NCBI RefSeq assembly: GCF_006345805.1 | Contig: NC_043009.1 | Span: 21,700,001-21,764,000 of the forward strand | Origin: Octopus sinensis | Lineage: Eukaryota | DNA length: 64,000 bases | Direction of reading: 5' to 3' | Shown: positions 39,308-51,523 of the stretch, one piece after another | How positions within the stretch are numbered: the stretch's first letter is position 1 | Layout: each line of letters starts with the position of its first letter | Made by a program: the position numbers and the translations under genes | The notes under the pieces: model-generated | The model's database searches: none | What the model was told of the DNA's origin: nothing | Seen by the model: the letters and a program-made list of their open reading frames with translations, nothing else

Positions 39308-39348
39308 CTTTCTTCTGTAAGCCAAGGAGAAAATTGGTTGTCAGGTAA
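39308..39348 (-). CDS. SCLT1: SCLT1-like exon 3 (LPDNQFSPWLTEEr)
   Basis: Long poly-T tract + gcag|, donor AG|gtaaaa. 41 nt, phase 0 to 2, fits exon 4. Confidence 0.75.
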
Positions 39349-39544
39349 CTGCAAAAAAAAAAAAAAAAATTTCTTTAAACAAAGTGCAAGAGCAACTGTG
39401 TGGTAAGTAGCTTGCTTACCAATCACATGGTTCTGGGTTCAGTCCCACTGTGTGGCACCTTGGGCAAGTGTCTTCTACTGTAGCCTTGGGCCAACCAAAG
39501 CCTTGTGAGTGGATTTGGTAAATGGAAACTGAAAGAAACCCGTC

Positions 39545-39583
<39 letters not shown>

Positions 39584-39586
<3 letters not shown>

Positions 39587-41517
39587 TGAATTGAAGAAAT
39601 GGAGCTGAACGCAGATTGAACAGAAATCGTTTTATTTCATTCTACACGTGTTTCGAAAGGCACAAATTACCAAAATCCGATTGAATAATGGGACCATATT
39701 GTGTCTTTCTCTTCAGGAAGAAAAAAGGAAATCCGTTGGAAAAACAAAAACAGAACAGAGGCGGAGTAAAAAACAAATCGAACTGTGCTCCTAAGAGCCC
39801 ATGGCGAAACTGTTTATCAGTGTATGTTGAGAACCGGTGGCTGAAGAATTCAACGGGTCAGGCATCGGTCAATCATGTGGGTGAGGGTGTATAGATGTTC
39901 TTTGTGACCGAGAATAAAGTTCTGACTATTTAAAGAATATTGGATATTTTATAAGGGGCGAGAAAAAATCTACTTAGAGACGTGTGTGTGTGTATACTGT
40001 TCTATATATGTGTGTGTTGGCGTAGGGGTAGAAAACATTTTTTGTGTACGTGTGTGCGTTTGATCGTTCGGCTGTCAGTGGCTACTGCCGTGATAACCGT
40101 TGGGTGGCAGAAAGAAAAAAATAAAAAAATTTATATATATATATTATGTTTTATGTGTGTGTGTGTTCATCTAAGCCTGCCTTGTCAAGGAAACCCCCCG
40201 CTGTGAAAAAAACCAAGCCCCGTTTGTCTTACAGGAGTAATTCCCCTTGCAGTGGTTAATCGTAGATATCTTCAAGGCTATTTCAGAATTTGTTACCAAG
40301 GGCTATGGGTGCCGGTATTATTTATAAACGCTATTTAAAGGCCAGATAAGTGTAACGCCACCAATGGGGGCATCGAAAAGCCAACTGTAAGAGCCCGTTT
40401 ACCATCCGGCCTCTGGCAAACAAAATATGGAAGAGTTCGGAGACACAAAGGTTGCACTGTCTTCTGCCCCTATCAAATGGGAGGGCCACCGACAAGATTG
40501 ACCATTCCAGCCTATAGCTTAAGTTCGCATCCTTCAGTCGCCATATTAGCTTACTGAGTCCCGTGGTCTGGCGCTTGTTCACGTCCCGAAAAGTTGCGTA
40601 ATGGTTGGAGACACGCAAAGACAATCTTGAGGATGATGCCCCTACATAAGTGAAGGCATCTGAGTCCGTGTAAACCTTGCATTGGTAGACGGCGTTTTTG
40701 ATCTTGGAGTTCGCCGACGTGAATCTTAATCTGCTAGGATTGGTTTCTGAAATTAGAACTGCGTTCCTGTCACTATATTCGTTCCGAGACCTGCAGCCGC
40801 TTACTACTCTATTTTCCACTACGTCACTATTAACTATAGGAATAACCCCTGATTCTCCACTATCTATCAGAGTGCTGTCATTGCTACTGCCCGTGGTACT
40901 GCTATTGCGGGAAATTATGCTGGGGATGCTAATGGGGCTCTCTACCCTACTCCCATTGTTACCGTCAACCACAACACCCCTATTAATAACTATACCCCTA
41001 GTGGGTACTCCCTGGCTGGAGCTGAGATTATGTGTCACTGTACTGGCTCTCATATCATTATTACTACTATAATTATTCCTACTGAGCATTAAACCGGGAG
41101 CGGAAGAGGCTGTGCCTCCGGAAAAAGGTGATAGGGTCTTAGTAAGTAGCCTATTATTATGGGAGGCGATTATCTGGGCGAGGTTTTTAGTGTTGGAGAA
41201 AGCTATCCTAACTTTATGTGAGTTAACCGTGGAGTAATATTTGGAATTTCTGGGGAAGTTATTGGCGATGGCTTGTCTAAACATGAGGGGGAGGTTAGTT
41301 CTAATCTGCTTACCAAAGGGGATTACAAACCATATATGCTTATTCCTATCAGTGTGATGGGTCGGGACGCCAGCTCTCGCATTCGGGTGGGTGATTCTCG
41401 GATGAATAACGGGTCTTGGGTTAGTGTAAGACCTCCCGGACCGATAATTATCCTTGTTCGCTAAATTAAATGCGGGAGCGACTACCCCGGCATCCGCCCC
41501 GCTCCCGTCCTTACTTA
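39584..41517 (-). mobile_element. Inverted duplicate of the Penelope-like element (left arm of the palindrome)
   Basis: Reverse complement of 41535..43465. ORF 40331..41284 differs from 41768..42721 at two residues. Confidence 0.9.
39640..39720 (-). ncRNA. Same hammerhead in the inverted arm, sense to the SCLT1 pre-mRNA
   Basis: Reverse complement of the 43330..43410 motif, core intact. Confidence 0.76.
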
Positions 41518-43626
41518 TAATAACATTAACATTTTAAGTAAGGACGGGAGCGGGGCGGATGCCGGGGTAGTCGCTCCCGCATTTAATTTAGCGAACAAGG
41601 ATAATTATCGGTCCGGGAGGTCTTACACTAACCCAAGACCCGTTATTCATCCGAGAATCACCCACCCGAATGCGAGAGCTGGCGTCCCGACCCATCACAC
41701 TGATAGGAATAAGCATATATGGTTTGTAATCCCCTTTGGTAAGCAGATTAGAACTAACCTCCCCCTCATGTTTAGACAAGCCATCGCCAATAACTTCCCC
41801 AGAAATTCCAAATATTACTCCACGGTTAACTCACATAAAGTTAGGATAGCTTTCTCCAACACTAAAAACCTCGCCCAGATAATCGCCTCCCATAATAATA
41901 GGCTACTTACTAAGACCCTATCACCTTTTTCCGGAGGCACAGCCTCTTCCGCTCCCGGTTTAATGCTCAGTAGGAATAATTATAGTAGTAATAATGATAT
42001 GAGAGCCAGTACAGTGACACATAATCTCAGCTCCAGCCAGGGAGTACCCACTAGGGGTATAGTTATTAATAGGGGTGTTGTGGTTGACGGTAACAATGGG
42101 AGTAGGGTAGAGAGCCCCATTAGCATCCCCAGCATAATTTCCCGCAATAGCAGTACCACGGGCAGTAGCAATGACAGCACTCTGATAGATAGTGGAGAAT
42201 CAGGGGTTATTCCTATAGTTAATAGTGACGTAGTGGAAAATAGAGTAGTAAGCGGCTGCAGGTCTCGGAACGAATATAGTGACAGGAACGCAGTTCTAAT
42301 TTCAGAAACCAATCCTAGCAGATTAAGATTCACGTCGGCGAACTCCAAGATCAAAAACGCCGTCTACCAATGCAAGGTTTACACGGACTCAGATGCCTTC
42401 ACTTATGTAGGGGCATCATCCTCAAGATTGTCTTTGCGTGTCTCCAACCATTACGCAACTTTTCGGGACGTGAACAAGCGCCAGACCACGGGACTCAGTA
42501 AGCTAATATGGCGACTGAAGGATGCGAACTTAAGCTATAGGCTGGAATGGTCAATCTTGTCGGTGGCCCTCCCATTTGATAGGGGCAGAAGACAGTGCAA
42601 CCTTTGTGTCTCCGAACTCTTCCATATTTTGTTTGCCAGAGGCCGGATGGTAAACGGGCTCTTACAGTCGGCTTTTCGATGCCCCCATTGGCGGCGTTAC
42701 ACTTATCTGGCCTTTAAATAGCGTTTATAAATAATACCGGCACCCATAGCCCTTGGTAACAAATTCTGAAATAGCCTTGAAGATATCTACGATTAACCAC
42801 TGCAAGGGGAATTACTCCTGTAAGACAAACGGGGCTTGGTTTTTTCACAGCGGGGGGTTTCCTTGACAAGGCAGGCTTAGATGAACACACACACATAAAA
42901 CATAATATATATATATAAATTTTTTTATTTTTTTCTTTCTGCCACCCAACGGTTATCACGGCAGTAGCCACTGACAGCCGAACGATCAAACGCACACACG
43001 TACACAAAAAATGTTTTCTACCCCTACGCCAACACACACATATATAGAACAGTATACACACACACACGTCTCTAAGTAGATTTTTTCTCGCCCCTTATAA
43101 AATATCCAATATTCTTTAAATAGTCAGAACTTTATTCTCGGTCACAAAGAACATCTATACACCCTCACCCACATGATTGACCGATGCCTGACCCGTTGAA
43201 TTCTTCAGCCACCGGTTCTCAACATACACTGATAAACAGTTTCGCCATGGGCTCTTAGGAGCACAGTTCGATTTGTTTTTTGCTCCGCCTCTGTTCTGTT
43301 TTTGTTTTTCCAACGGATTTCCTTTTTTCTTCCTGAAGAGAAAGACACAATATGGTCCCATTATTCAATCGGATTTTGGTAATTTGTGCCTTTCGAAACA
43401 CGTGTAGAATGAAATAAAACGATTTCTGTTCAATCTGCGTTCAGCTCCATTTCTTCAATTCACCAATAATGTTTTAATTTCAATTATCCGCACCAACGCA
43501 CGGTTGCAACGCCAGATGGTTGTACCTCCAACCGTGCTGTTTACTGCTGTGATTTTTGCTACTAAGGTATCGGTTAAACTTTTGATTAATCTACTACAAG
43601 ATTATTCATCTTTCTATTTCACATAA
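41518..43626 (+). mobile_element. 5'-truncated Penelope-like element: RT thumb/linker + GIY-YIG endonuclease + pLTR with hammerhead ribozyme
   Basis: The frame is open from about 41519 to 42721. WFVIPF...NNFP...NTKNLAQIIASHN is PLE-type RT C-terminus. VYQC...YVG...R..NH...EW.IL...CNLC..E is GIY-YIG. HHR at 43330..43410. Confidence 0.88.
43330..43410 (+). ncRNA. Minimal type I hammerhead ribozyme in the PLE pLTR
   Basis: uuc-CUGAAGA(43333-39), stem II gaaagacacaa/uugugccuuuc, GAAAC-ACGU-GUA(43406), gaa. Stem III is palindromic (ACACGUGU). Confidence 0.78.
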
Positions 43627-44248
43627 TATATATATATATGTATATATATGTATATATATGTATATGTATGAGTGTATATGTTTATGTGTGTGCAGTTCAC
43701 CAAAAAAGAAAAAAAAAAGAGAGCCCAAGAGAATAAGTTCTAGGTTTACAAAGAATAAGTCCTGGGGTCAATTTACTTGGCTAAAGGTGGTGCTCCAGCA
43801 TGGCTGCAGTCAAATGACTGAAACAAGTAAAAGAAAAAAAGAATAAAAGTGTATATACTGTAACTCTTCTACTACTAACCTAACTAAGGCAGCCCTCAAT
43901 CCTATATTGCAAACCTGCCCAAAAATGCTATCATTAAAGCACAGACATGGCTGAGTGGATAAGAAGCTTGCATCACAACTGTGTGGCCTTGAATTTAGTG
44001 CCACTGCATGGTACCTTGGACAAGTGTTTTCTACTATATCCTCGGGCCAACCAAAGCTTCATAAGTGGATTTGGTGGGTGGAAACTGAAAGAAGCCTGCT
44101 GTAGGTGTAAGGTTAGTTATGTATATATATTCGATAATATATCATATGGTATACACCTGGTAGCTTACCAAGTAAAGCACTTTCACTTTCACAGTGTTCG
44201 TTGGGTATTTGATTAATGAGAGAGATGGAAGATGGAAGATACACACAC

Positions 44249-44291
<43 letters not shown>

Positions 44292-44316
44292 CACACACAC
44301 ACATATATATCTAAAC

Positions 44317-44351
<35 letters not shown>

Positions 44352-44352
<1 letters not shown>

Positions 44353-44865
44353 CATTATTATATGGGAAAAGGTTGTCCTTGAAGATGAAAGGAAGGGTTT
44401 ATCAGAGCTCCATAAGATCTGCAATGCTGTATGGGAGTGAAACATGGTATCTGAGGGAAAGCGAAATGGCAATTTTGAGAAGGGCCGAGAGAGCAATGGT
44501 GAGAGCAATGTGTGGCATGAAACTATTGGATAAAAGGAAGGCTGAGGACGTGATGGGGATGCTGGAGTTGGAGGAATCGGTGGAACAGCTGGCAAGGGCG
44601 AATGGAATGCAGTGGTAAGGACATGTGTTGAGGAGGGATGAGGATCATGTTCTGAGGAAAGTGCTTGAGTTTAAGGTGAATGAACCAAGAAAGCAAGGTC
44701 GACCAAAGAAAACTTGGAGGAGGAGATTGGGAGGGTTAGCTTGAGGAGGAAGGATGCCTAAAACCAGGTGAGATGGCATGATAGTGTGAGAGTGGTTGCT
44801 GTAAGAGTGAGGTAGATCCGACCACCCCTGTTAACGGAAACAAACCCAAATTTAAATACTGAACA
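44352..44865 (+). mobile_element. Short 3' fragment of another RTE-clade LINE
   Basis: SAMLYGSETW...AERAMVRAMCG...W*GHVLRR...GRPKKTW. Confidence 0.85.
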
Positions 44866-45421
44866 TCAATCAATGTGTGTGTGTGTGTGTTTATATTTGC
44901 ATTCTCTGAAATAATACAGCTCATTATTGTTGTTACTTCTGTAAACAAAAGACATGTAAATTAAGAGATATTTTTCTTGATAAGTACTTAAGATTTAGCA
45001 ACAGAAAGAGCACACTATTGAGGCATTGTAAAACAATGCCACAATAATATATTCATCTAACCCATGCTAGCATAGAAAAATGGGGATGTAAAACAAATGA
45101 ACCTTGATATAACAGTAAAAAAAAAAGAGTTATTTCACAAAATGCCTCCACAACCGAAATTATTTTGAAAATCAATAGGAGTATTTATCTAGTCTGTTGA
45201 GATTAGTAATATATCTGTAACTAAAATGACTAACAATAATGTGATGAGCAATTAAAAAATAAAGGTGTAGGCATGGCTGTGTGGTAAGAAGCTTACTTTC
45301 CAATCACATGGTTTCTAGTTCAGTCCCACTGTGTGGCACCTTGGGCAAGTGTTCTACTGTAGCCTTGGGCTGACCAAAGTTTTGTGAGTTGATTTGGTAG
45401 ATGGAAACTGAAAGAAGCCTG

Positions 45422-45467
<46 letters not shown>

Positions 45468-45702
45468 GTGTGTGTCTTTGGTCTATGACTGTGCCCCCAC
45501 CATCACTTCACAACCAATATTGGTGTGTTTTCATTCCCGTAACTTAACAGTTTGGCAAAAGTGACCAATAAAGTAAGTACTAGGCTTACAAAGAATAAGT
45601 CCTGGGATCGACTTCTTTGACTAAAAACCTCTTTAAGGCTGTGCTCCAGTATGGCTGCAATCAAATGACTGAAACAAGTAAAAGAATAAAAGGCTTACCA
45701 AC

Positions 45703-45758
45703 CTGACAGTAACCATATTTTGTTTGATACCACAAGAGGTGGTTGTTCAGTCTTTGAA
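45703..45758 (-). CDS. SCLT1: SCLT1-like exon 2 (vQRLNNHLLWYQTKYGYCQ)
   Basis: Acceptor ttttcag|. Phase 1 to 0 using donor CAG|gttggt; a competing donor lies 4 nt further on. Confidence 0.72.
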
Positions 45759-47759
45759 CTGAAAAGATATAGAATTGTAGGAATTAATAGTTTAATCGGT
45801 TATGAAGTATTTTCAACAGATTTTATTTTAATATCCCATCTCTAACCATCTCTCCTCATACTCTTATGAAACCTCATCCTATTTTTTCTTCCAGCCCACT
45901 CATCCAGTTCAATCATCTGTATCATCTCAACTACCTTCACCCCTCACTATACCTTGAAAGTATGTTCCAACACATCACCACTACCATCTCACTCTCTGTC
46001 TTTCTTTCTCTTTAGCTTGCTATCTCTCACTTTCCCTCCTCCTTTCTTGTCCAACTGGGATATCCTTGTATCTCCTCTACAGCAAGACACCCATGTCTAT
46101 CCCTCTATTATACTTTTTAACCCTTTCATCAAGTAGCACAAAGCCACCTCCCTCAATACTACTCACCCTCCCAGTCAAAGGGTCTTGTCTTGGTGATATC
46201 CCAGATGTTGGTGCCATATAAAAAGCTCCTAGTACACTCTGTAAAGTGGTTGGCATTAAGAAGAGCATTCACCCACAGAAACCATGCCAAAGCAGACAAT
46301 AAGCTGGGAACAGCCCTTCTGGCTTAGCAGCTCTTGTCAAACTTGTCCGTTAACTGCAACGAATAAATTCCTACGGGTTGACGAAATACAGTTAACAAAT
46401 CCTATCTGCTTTTAATCGGCGTATTCAAACGTTATATAGCTTGTTTAAATAAAATCTCCCTAGATAGCAGAAAAGAGAATAATTCACCGGCCATCTTCCC
46501 AGTTGATCTAAAAAGGGTCATGTTCTTTGGACACAGCGACTAAAAATAAACAAGAGCTCTCAATTAAATCACATTGTCAATGTTGAAATAATAAAATAAT
46601 GAATTAAAGTTTGATACAATTACTTAGAAATGTGAACCAACATTCAAAATATGCCAGAAGAACCAACACCCGAAACAAAAACTTTAATATTACACGCACA
46701 CACATACTAAAACCGTGGTTTAGTTATGTTTATACAACAGAGATCTTATCCATTGACTTTAAAATCTATGATGTTGCCTGCATTTATTATCATTATATTT
46801 AAGGGATTAAGGGTCCCCGTTTATAGAAATCACTAAGGCTCTGCATCCATCACTTAGAAATAGGTTATTAGTATCAAAACGGTTTACACGACAGGAGTAT
46901 TACTGTATTAATATTAACAGCGATGTATTATTTGAACATTGAATGAGACAAGGGAGACTCCATGAAGTCGCTCGGGCAGCTAAAAGTAGCAGCCAAATCT
47001 TCACCAAATCACACCCCACCGTCTTCAGTTAAGAAGGATGCATTGGGTAACGCAATCCTTGATATTACAGTGCCTTTCATTATAGTTCTGCTGGACCAGG
47101 GCTGACATGGAACGAAGCAAACATATTTTTTTCGAACTAACATCGCTAGGAATGCGTGTGTGTGTGTGTGTAACAGTAATAATAATACGATAGTGTGTGG
47201 AAATGTAACATGCAACAAGTATCAATCAACATTCCTGCACTTAAAACTGGTTGATCTTCGGATTATTGAAAATCGTAGTTTTGTTAAGATGATGGTCGCG
47301 GGGGTGGGGGAGGAATACAGAAGAAAGAAGAACAAAAATTGATCGTTTCTTTTAATATGATTAATTCAAATAACAAATACTGCATGCTGTTTATCATTCA
47401 AAATATGACAGAGAAAAACGAAAGAAGAGTGAAGCACGATGTGCCTTTCGTGTAGAGGAGGGAAAAATAGTCGTATTTACTTGACAACATATTATTATTA
47501 GCAGTAACATCCGAGCTTCTATAGAGACGTTTAACCTAATGCTACAAACCAAATCTTTCTCGGCAAAGAAACACCCTAATATCTTTAAAATAGGGACCAC
47601 GTGTTTTAGGACCCATATATATTTTTTCTTTTCGTATTCCCAACCCGCTTTCTAACAAGATTAAGCTAAAATACGTTTGTATAAAAGGGGAGGGCCCCCA
47701 TCTTTTGACATTAGGGAGATTGGATCGGATTTCATTTAATTTCAGCTTTATAGACAAAC

Positions 47760-47796
47760 CTTGATCTTTCAGAAAATTATTATTTGTATTCTCCAT
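47760..47796 (-). CDS. SCLT1: SCLT1-like exon 1 (MENTNNNFLKDQ-, ends phase 1)
   Basis: ATG at 47796 and donor G|gtttgt. FLKDQ-V-QRLN across exons 1/2 matches the recalled human SCLT1 N-terminus FLREQNRRLN. Confidence 0.8.
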
Positions 47797-48356
47797 TCTT
47801 TTGCAAGAACTGGAAATATCTTATAAATAAACTTCCAGTGACTTTCCACGGTTTACAAAAGTTGTTTCGGTAATGTTTTTTTTTTAAAGTTTTTAGTGCC
47901 TTAAGTACGTTGCCATGTTACGGAGCAAATAAAAACAAAGGATTTCATTGCTTATTTTTGTCGGGACCACAACGATAAAATTTGAAAACTAATAACCAAA
48001 ATAATAATTAACGTTAAAAAAAAACTTCAAATTTTAAACTTATGCATTTCTTCAAATATATGTAGCCATGTCATTTTTTAAATCACATTATTAAACTTAT
48101 TTTTGATGTCTCTTTTTTGTTCATATTTGTTGCTTGTTTCCATCTTTCTCTGACGATCGCTGTGGAGCAACAAGTAAGGTCCTGCCGAAAATTGGTAACG
48201 TTGCGGTTTCGATTCCTGGTTAAGGCTACATCAGTTATACGTCTGAGAAAAACATGAATATCACAACTTGCATTATCAGAGAAACTAGTTTCTGTCGAAA
48301 TAACTTGTTTACGTCGATCTCAAACTATTTTACACTGATATAACATGCAAGAAATG

Positions 48357-49049
48357 GGTACTAGTAGCGTAGACTGGTCCCGGTTCGCACACACGCGCGT
48401 CCGTTCTAGCCAGACGTAGGCAGTCGATCCTACGAGCTGACTGTCGCATGCACGATATATACTTGTATCGTATATATACAAGTATATATCGTATACAAGT
48501 ATATATCTATTTCATTATTACCCACAAGGGGCTAAACAGAGAGAGGACAAACAAGGACAGACAAACGGATTAAGTCGATTATATCGACCCCAGTGCGTAA
48601 CTGGTACTTAATTTATCGACCCCGAAAGGATGAAAGGCAAAGTCGAAATTCCGCCGAGGTCGACTTTGCCTTTCATCCTTTCGGGGTCGATAAATTAAGT
48701 ACCAGTTACGCACTGGGGTCGATATAATCGACTTAATCCGTTTGTCTGTCCTTATTTGTCCTCTCTCTGTTTAGCCCCTTGTGGGTAGTAAAGAAATAGA
48801 TATATACTTGTATATATACGATATATACTTGTATCGCACGTCCCCGATTCGCGCGCGCGAATCGGGGACTTGCGATACAAGTATATATCGTATATATACA
48901 AGTATATATCGTATACAAGTATATATTGTATATATCGATACAAGTATATATCGTGCATGCGCCAGTCAGCTCATAGGATCGACTGCCTACGTCTGGCTAG
49001 CGCGGACGCGCGTGTGCGCAAACCGGGACCAGTCTACGATACTAGTACC
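48357..49049. mobile_element. MITE with ~110-bp TIRs and a 9-bp TSD (Mutator-like), containing nested palindromes
   Basis: Ends ggtactagt...actagtacc. TSD caagaaatg at 48348-56 and 49050-58. Confidence 0.78.
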
Positions 49050-49519
49050 CAAGAAATGTCGATATTCCCTTTGATTATGAATGTCGTGTGAATACCAAAA
49101 CAGCAACGCAGTCTCTTTTCGCCAGTATCTTGCTTGTTGCTTCACAAGCCTAAACTTGATTCAAAAATTTTTTCGAAATTGACTTTTTCAGTTAATCTTT
49201 CCACTGTAGTTAAAGGGAAAGTGTGTATGTGTGTGGGAGAGAGGGAGTTTCAAATATTTTAACCGCAAAAAGCGTCTTTTTATATAACAAGGACCACTTA
49301 TATCTCTTTCCCCACTTTTGTTTTTTTCAATTTCGGGAGTAAATTGCAAGCGCATAAAAACCTGTAGGATGAATCTATGCTGATAAAACGAATTTTAAAT
49401 TTTACACATTGGCATGTCACATTACTATTTTAATATAAAGGCTTCAAATTTTTTTTTTTTTTTTTACATATAGATTTTTAAAGTTTTAAATGGCTATCAA
49501 CGAGTTATTTCAAATATGC

Positions 49520-49790
49520 TGCGGTAAATGGGAAGGCCAATTTCCGTAGCCGAGCGGAACAAAACCCTGAAGTATTGGGACCTGGCAGTGAACTATCTCT
49601 TCCAGCCTGTGGCATTTGGGACGTTTGGTTGGACTGGGCCACTAACGACAAAGCTCTTGTCATTGTTGGCAGCTCGCCTCACCGAGGTGACAGGTGATGC
49701 TGGTGAGGGTGCTTGGGTTTTCTAACGCCTTAGCCTCGCCATCGCTCATGGTAATGCCACGAGCATGCTGGCTTGCTTCAGTAGGTTCTT
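49520..49790 (+). pseudogene. CRE-like non-LTR element relic (restriction-like endonuclease C-terminus)
   Basis: AERNKTLKY...YLFQPVAFGTFG...TGDAGEGAWVF*RLSLAIAHGNA. Confidence 0.72.
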
Positions 49791-51437
49791 TTGAACTTTG
49801 TGGTGTGCGATCAATTGAAGCACTTGGTGTTGCATTGATGTTTTTTTTCTTCTTTTCTTTCTCCCTTTCTTGTTTTTTTTTTCTTTGTCTTTCTTTTATA
49901 AACTATATTCCTGTTCATATTTTGAATAAACTAAAATCATTTAAAAGTCTATTTGCCAACGCAACGTAGCAGTCCTACATAGGACGATGTTACTACTTTT
50001 TAGCCTCAGGAAAACATCTTTTCCAGTTGGCGAAATTTCACCTGCAGGTAATGAAGTTCTTCACATTTTTCGTTGGGAACTCCTGCTTTGAATCGATTGA
50101 GCTTTCTAAAAATTTATAACCATTCTCCCCTCCTCTCCCAGTCAAAGTCTATTTGATATTTTTATCTTTATTTATTATTCTTATTTTTTCTTATGCTTTC
50201 TACTTCCAAAAGACTGAGATTAGAGAAAATACAAATTATGATTTAAAAGTCAATCTTTTCTTACTTTAAAAAAAAAAAAGAAAATAGAAATATTGGTTTC
50301 AAACTTTGACACAAAGCCAGCAATTTCGGGGGAGGGTTAAGTCGATTACATTGATTCCAAAATAGAAATATTGGTTTCAAACTTTGACACAAGAAGCAGC
50401 AATTTCGGGGGAGGGTTAAGTCGATTACATTGATTCCAAAATAAAAATATTGGTTTCAAACTTTGACACAAGGCCAGCAATTTCGAGGAAGGGTTAAGTC
50501 GATTACATTGATTCCGGTGATGAACTGGTACTTATTTTGTCAACACCAAAAAGATGAAAGGCAAAGTTGACTTCCGCAGAATTTGACCTTAAATAGAAAT
50601 ATCGATTTCAAATTTCGGCTCAATGCCAGCAATTTTGGAGGAAGGTCGAAGGCCATTACTTCGACCTCAGTACTTAACAGGTACTAATCTATTGACTCTG
50701 AAATGCAAAGTAGATTTCAGTGGAATTTGGACTCAGAACGTAAAGACGGGCGGAATGCCGCTAAACATTTTGCCCTGCGTGCTAACATCTCTGCTAGTTC
50801 ATCACCTTATAATTTAAATAGAAATATTAAAATAGCAGGACCTATAAATTCACATTGATTTGTAACATATGCATAAGCCCAGCTCTTGAAGGTACGGACA
50901 GGCACACAACAGACTTTTCAATATGCCTTTTAGTAAGATAATATCAGTTAAATATTTCTGGTTAAAACTATCTTCAAGCACACATGCTTCGTGCAATTCA
51001 GAATATATTCTGGAAAGAACACATAACCAAAGAACGATTATACTATATACAAGTATCGTTGTGTGGTTAAAAAAAACAGTTCATTTTGAGTTCAGTCCCA
51101 CTGTGCGGCGTCTTTACTTCAAATCCAAGCCGACAAAAGCCTTGCGAGTGAATTTGGTGGACAGAAACTGTGTAGAAGCTCGTCGTGTATATATATATAT
51201 ATATATAAACAACTTAGGTATTTTTTTATATGCTGGCCATTGATAAAAATGTTTTTCGAAAAAATTTTATCCTACATTAAATATATATATATATATATAT
51301 ATATAAGTTCAGCAAAAATTTAGATTCAAATGAATATGGTACTTAATTTAGATGCACCAGAATTCTGTATGGTGTTATCCATAAAAATCCTTGGGGTGAT
51401 TATAATCAAAATAAGCAACAAGAATGACTCCGGTAAT

Positions 51438-51523
51438 TTGGTACGATCGTTTCGTACTACATCATTTTATTAAATGTTGTAAGTATTACAACAGTTTTAA
51501 AATGCTGAGTACTCATCAGCCAA
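51438..51523 (-). ncRNA. Minimal hammerhead ribozyme motif within a repeat at about 51305..51660
   Basis: uugg-CUGAUGA, stem II guacu/aguac with a long loop, GAAAC-GAUC-GUA, ccaa. Confidence 0.72.

Larger units (their letters stand above)
39385..43850 (+). mobile_element. SINE family A copy split by the Penelope palindrome (head 39385..39545, tail about 43660..43850)
   Basis: Head and tail flank the insertion, each joined to it through (TA)n. Confidence 0.7.

Noticed and set aside
46488-46521. Alternative first exon MTLFRSTGKMA-g with a gtgaat donor
   Set aside because: The phase fits, but there is no SCLT1 similarity. 47760..47796 matches better.
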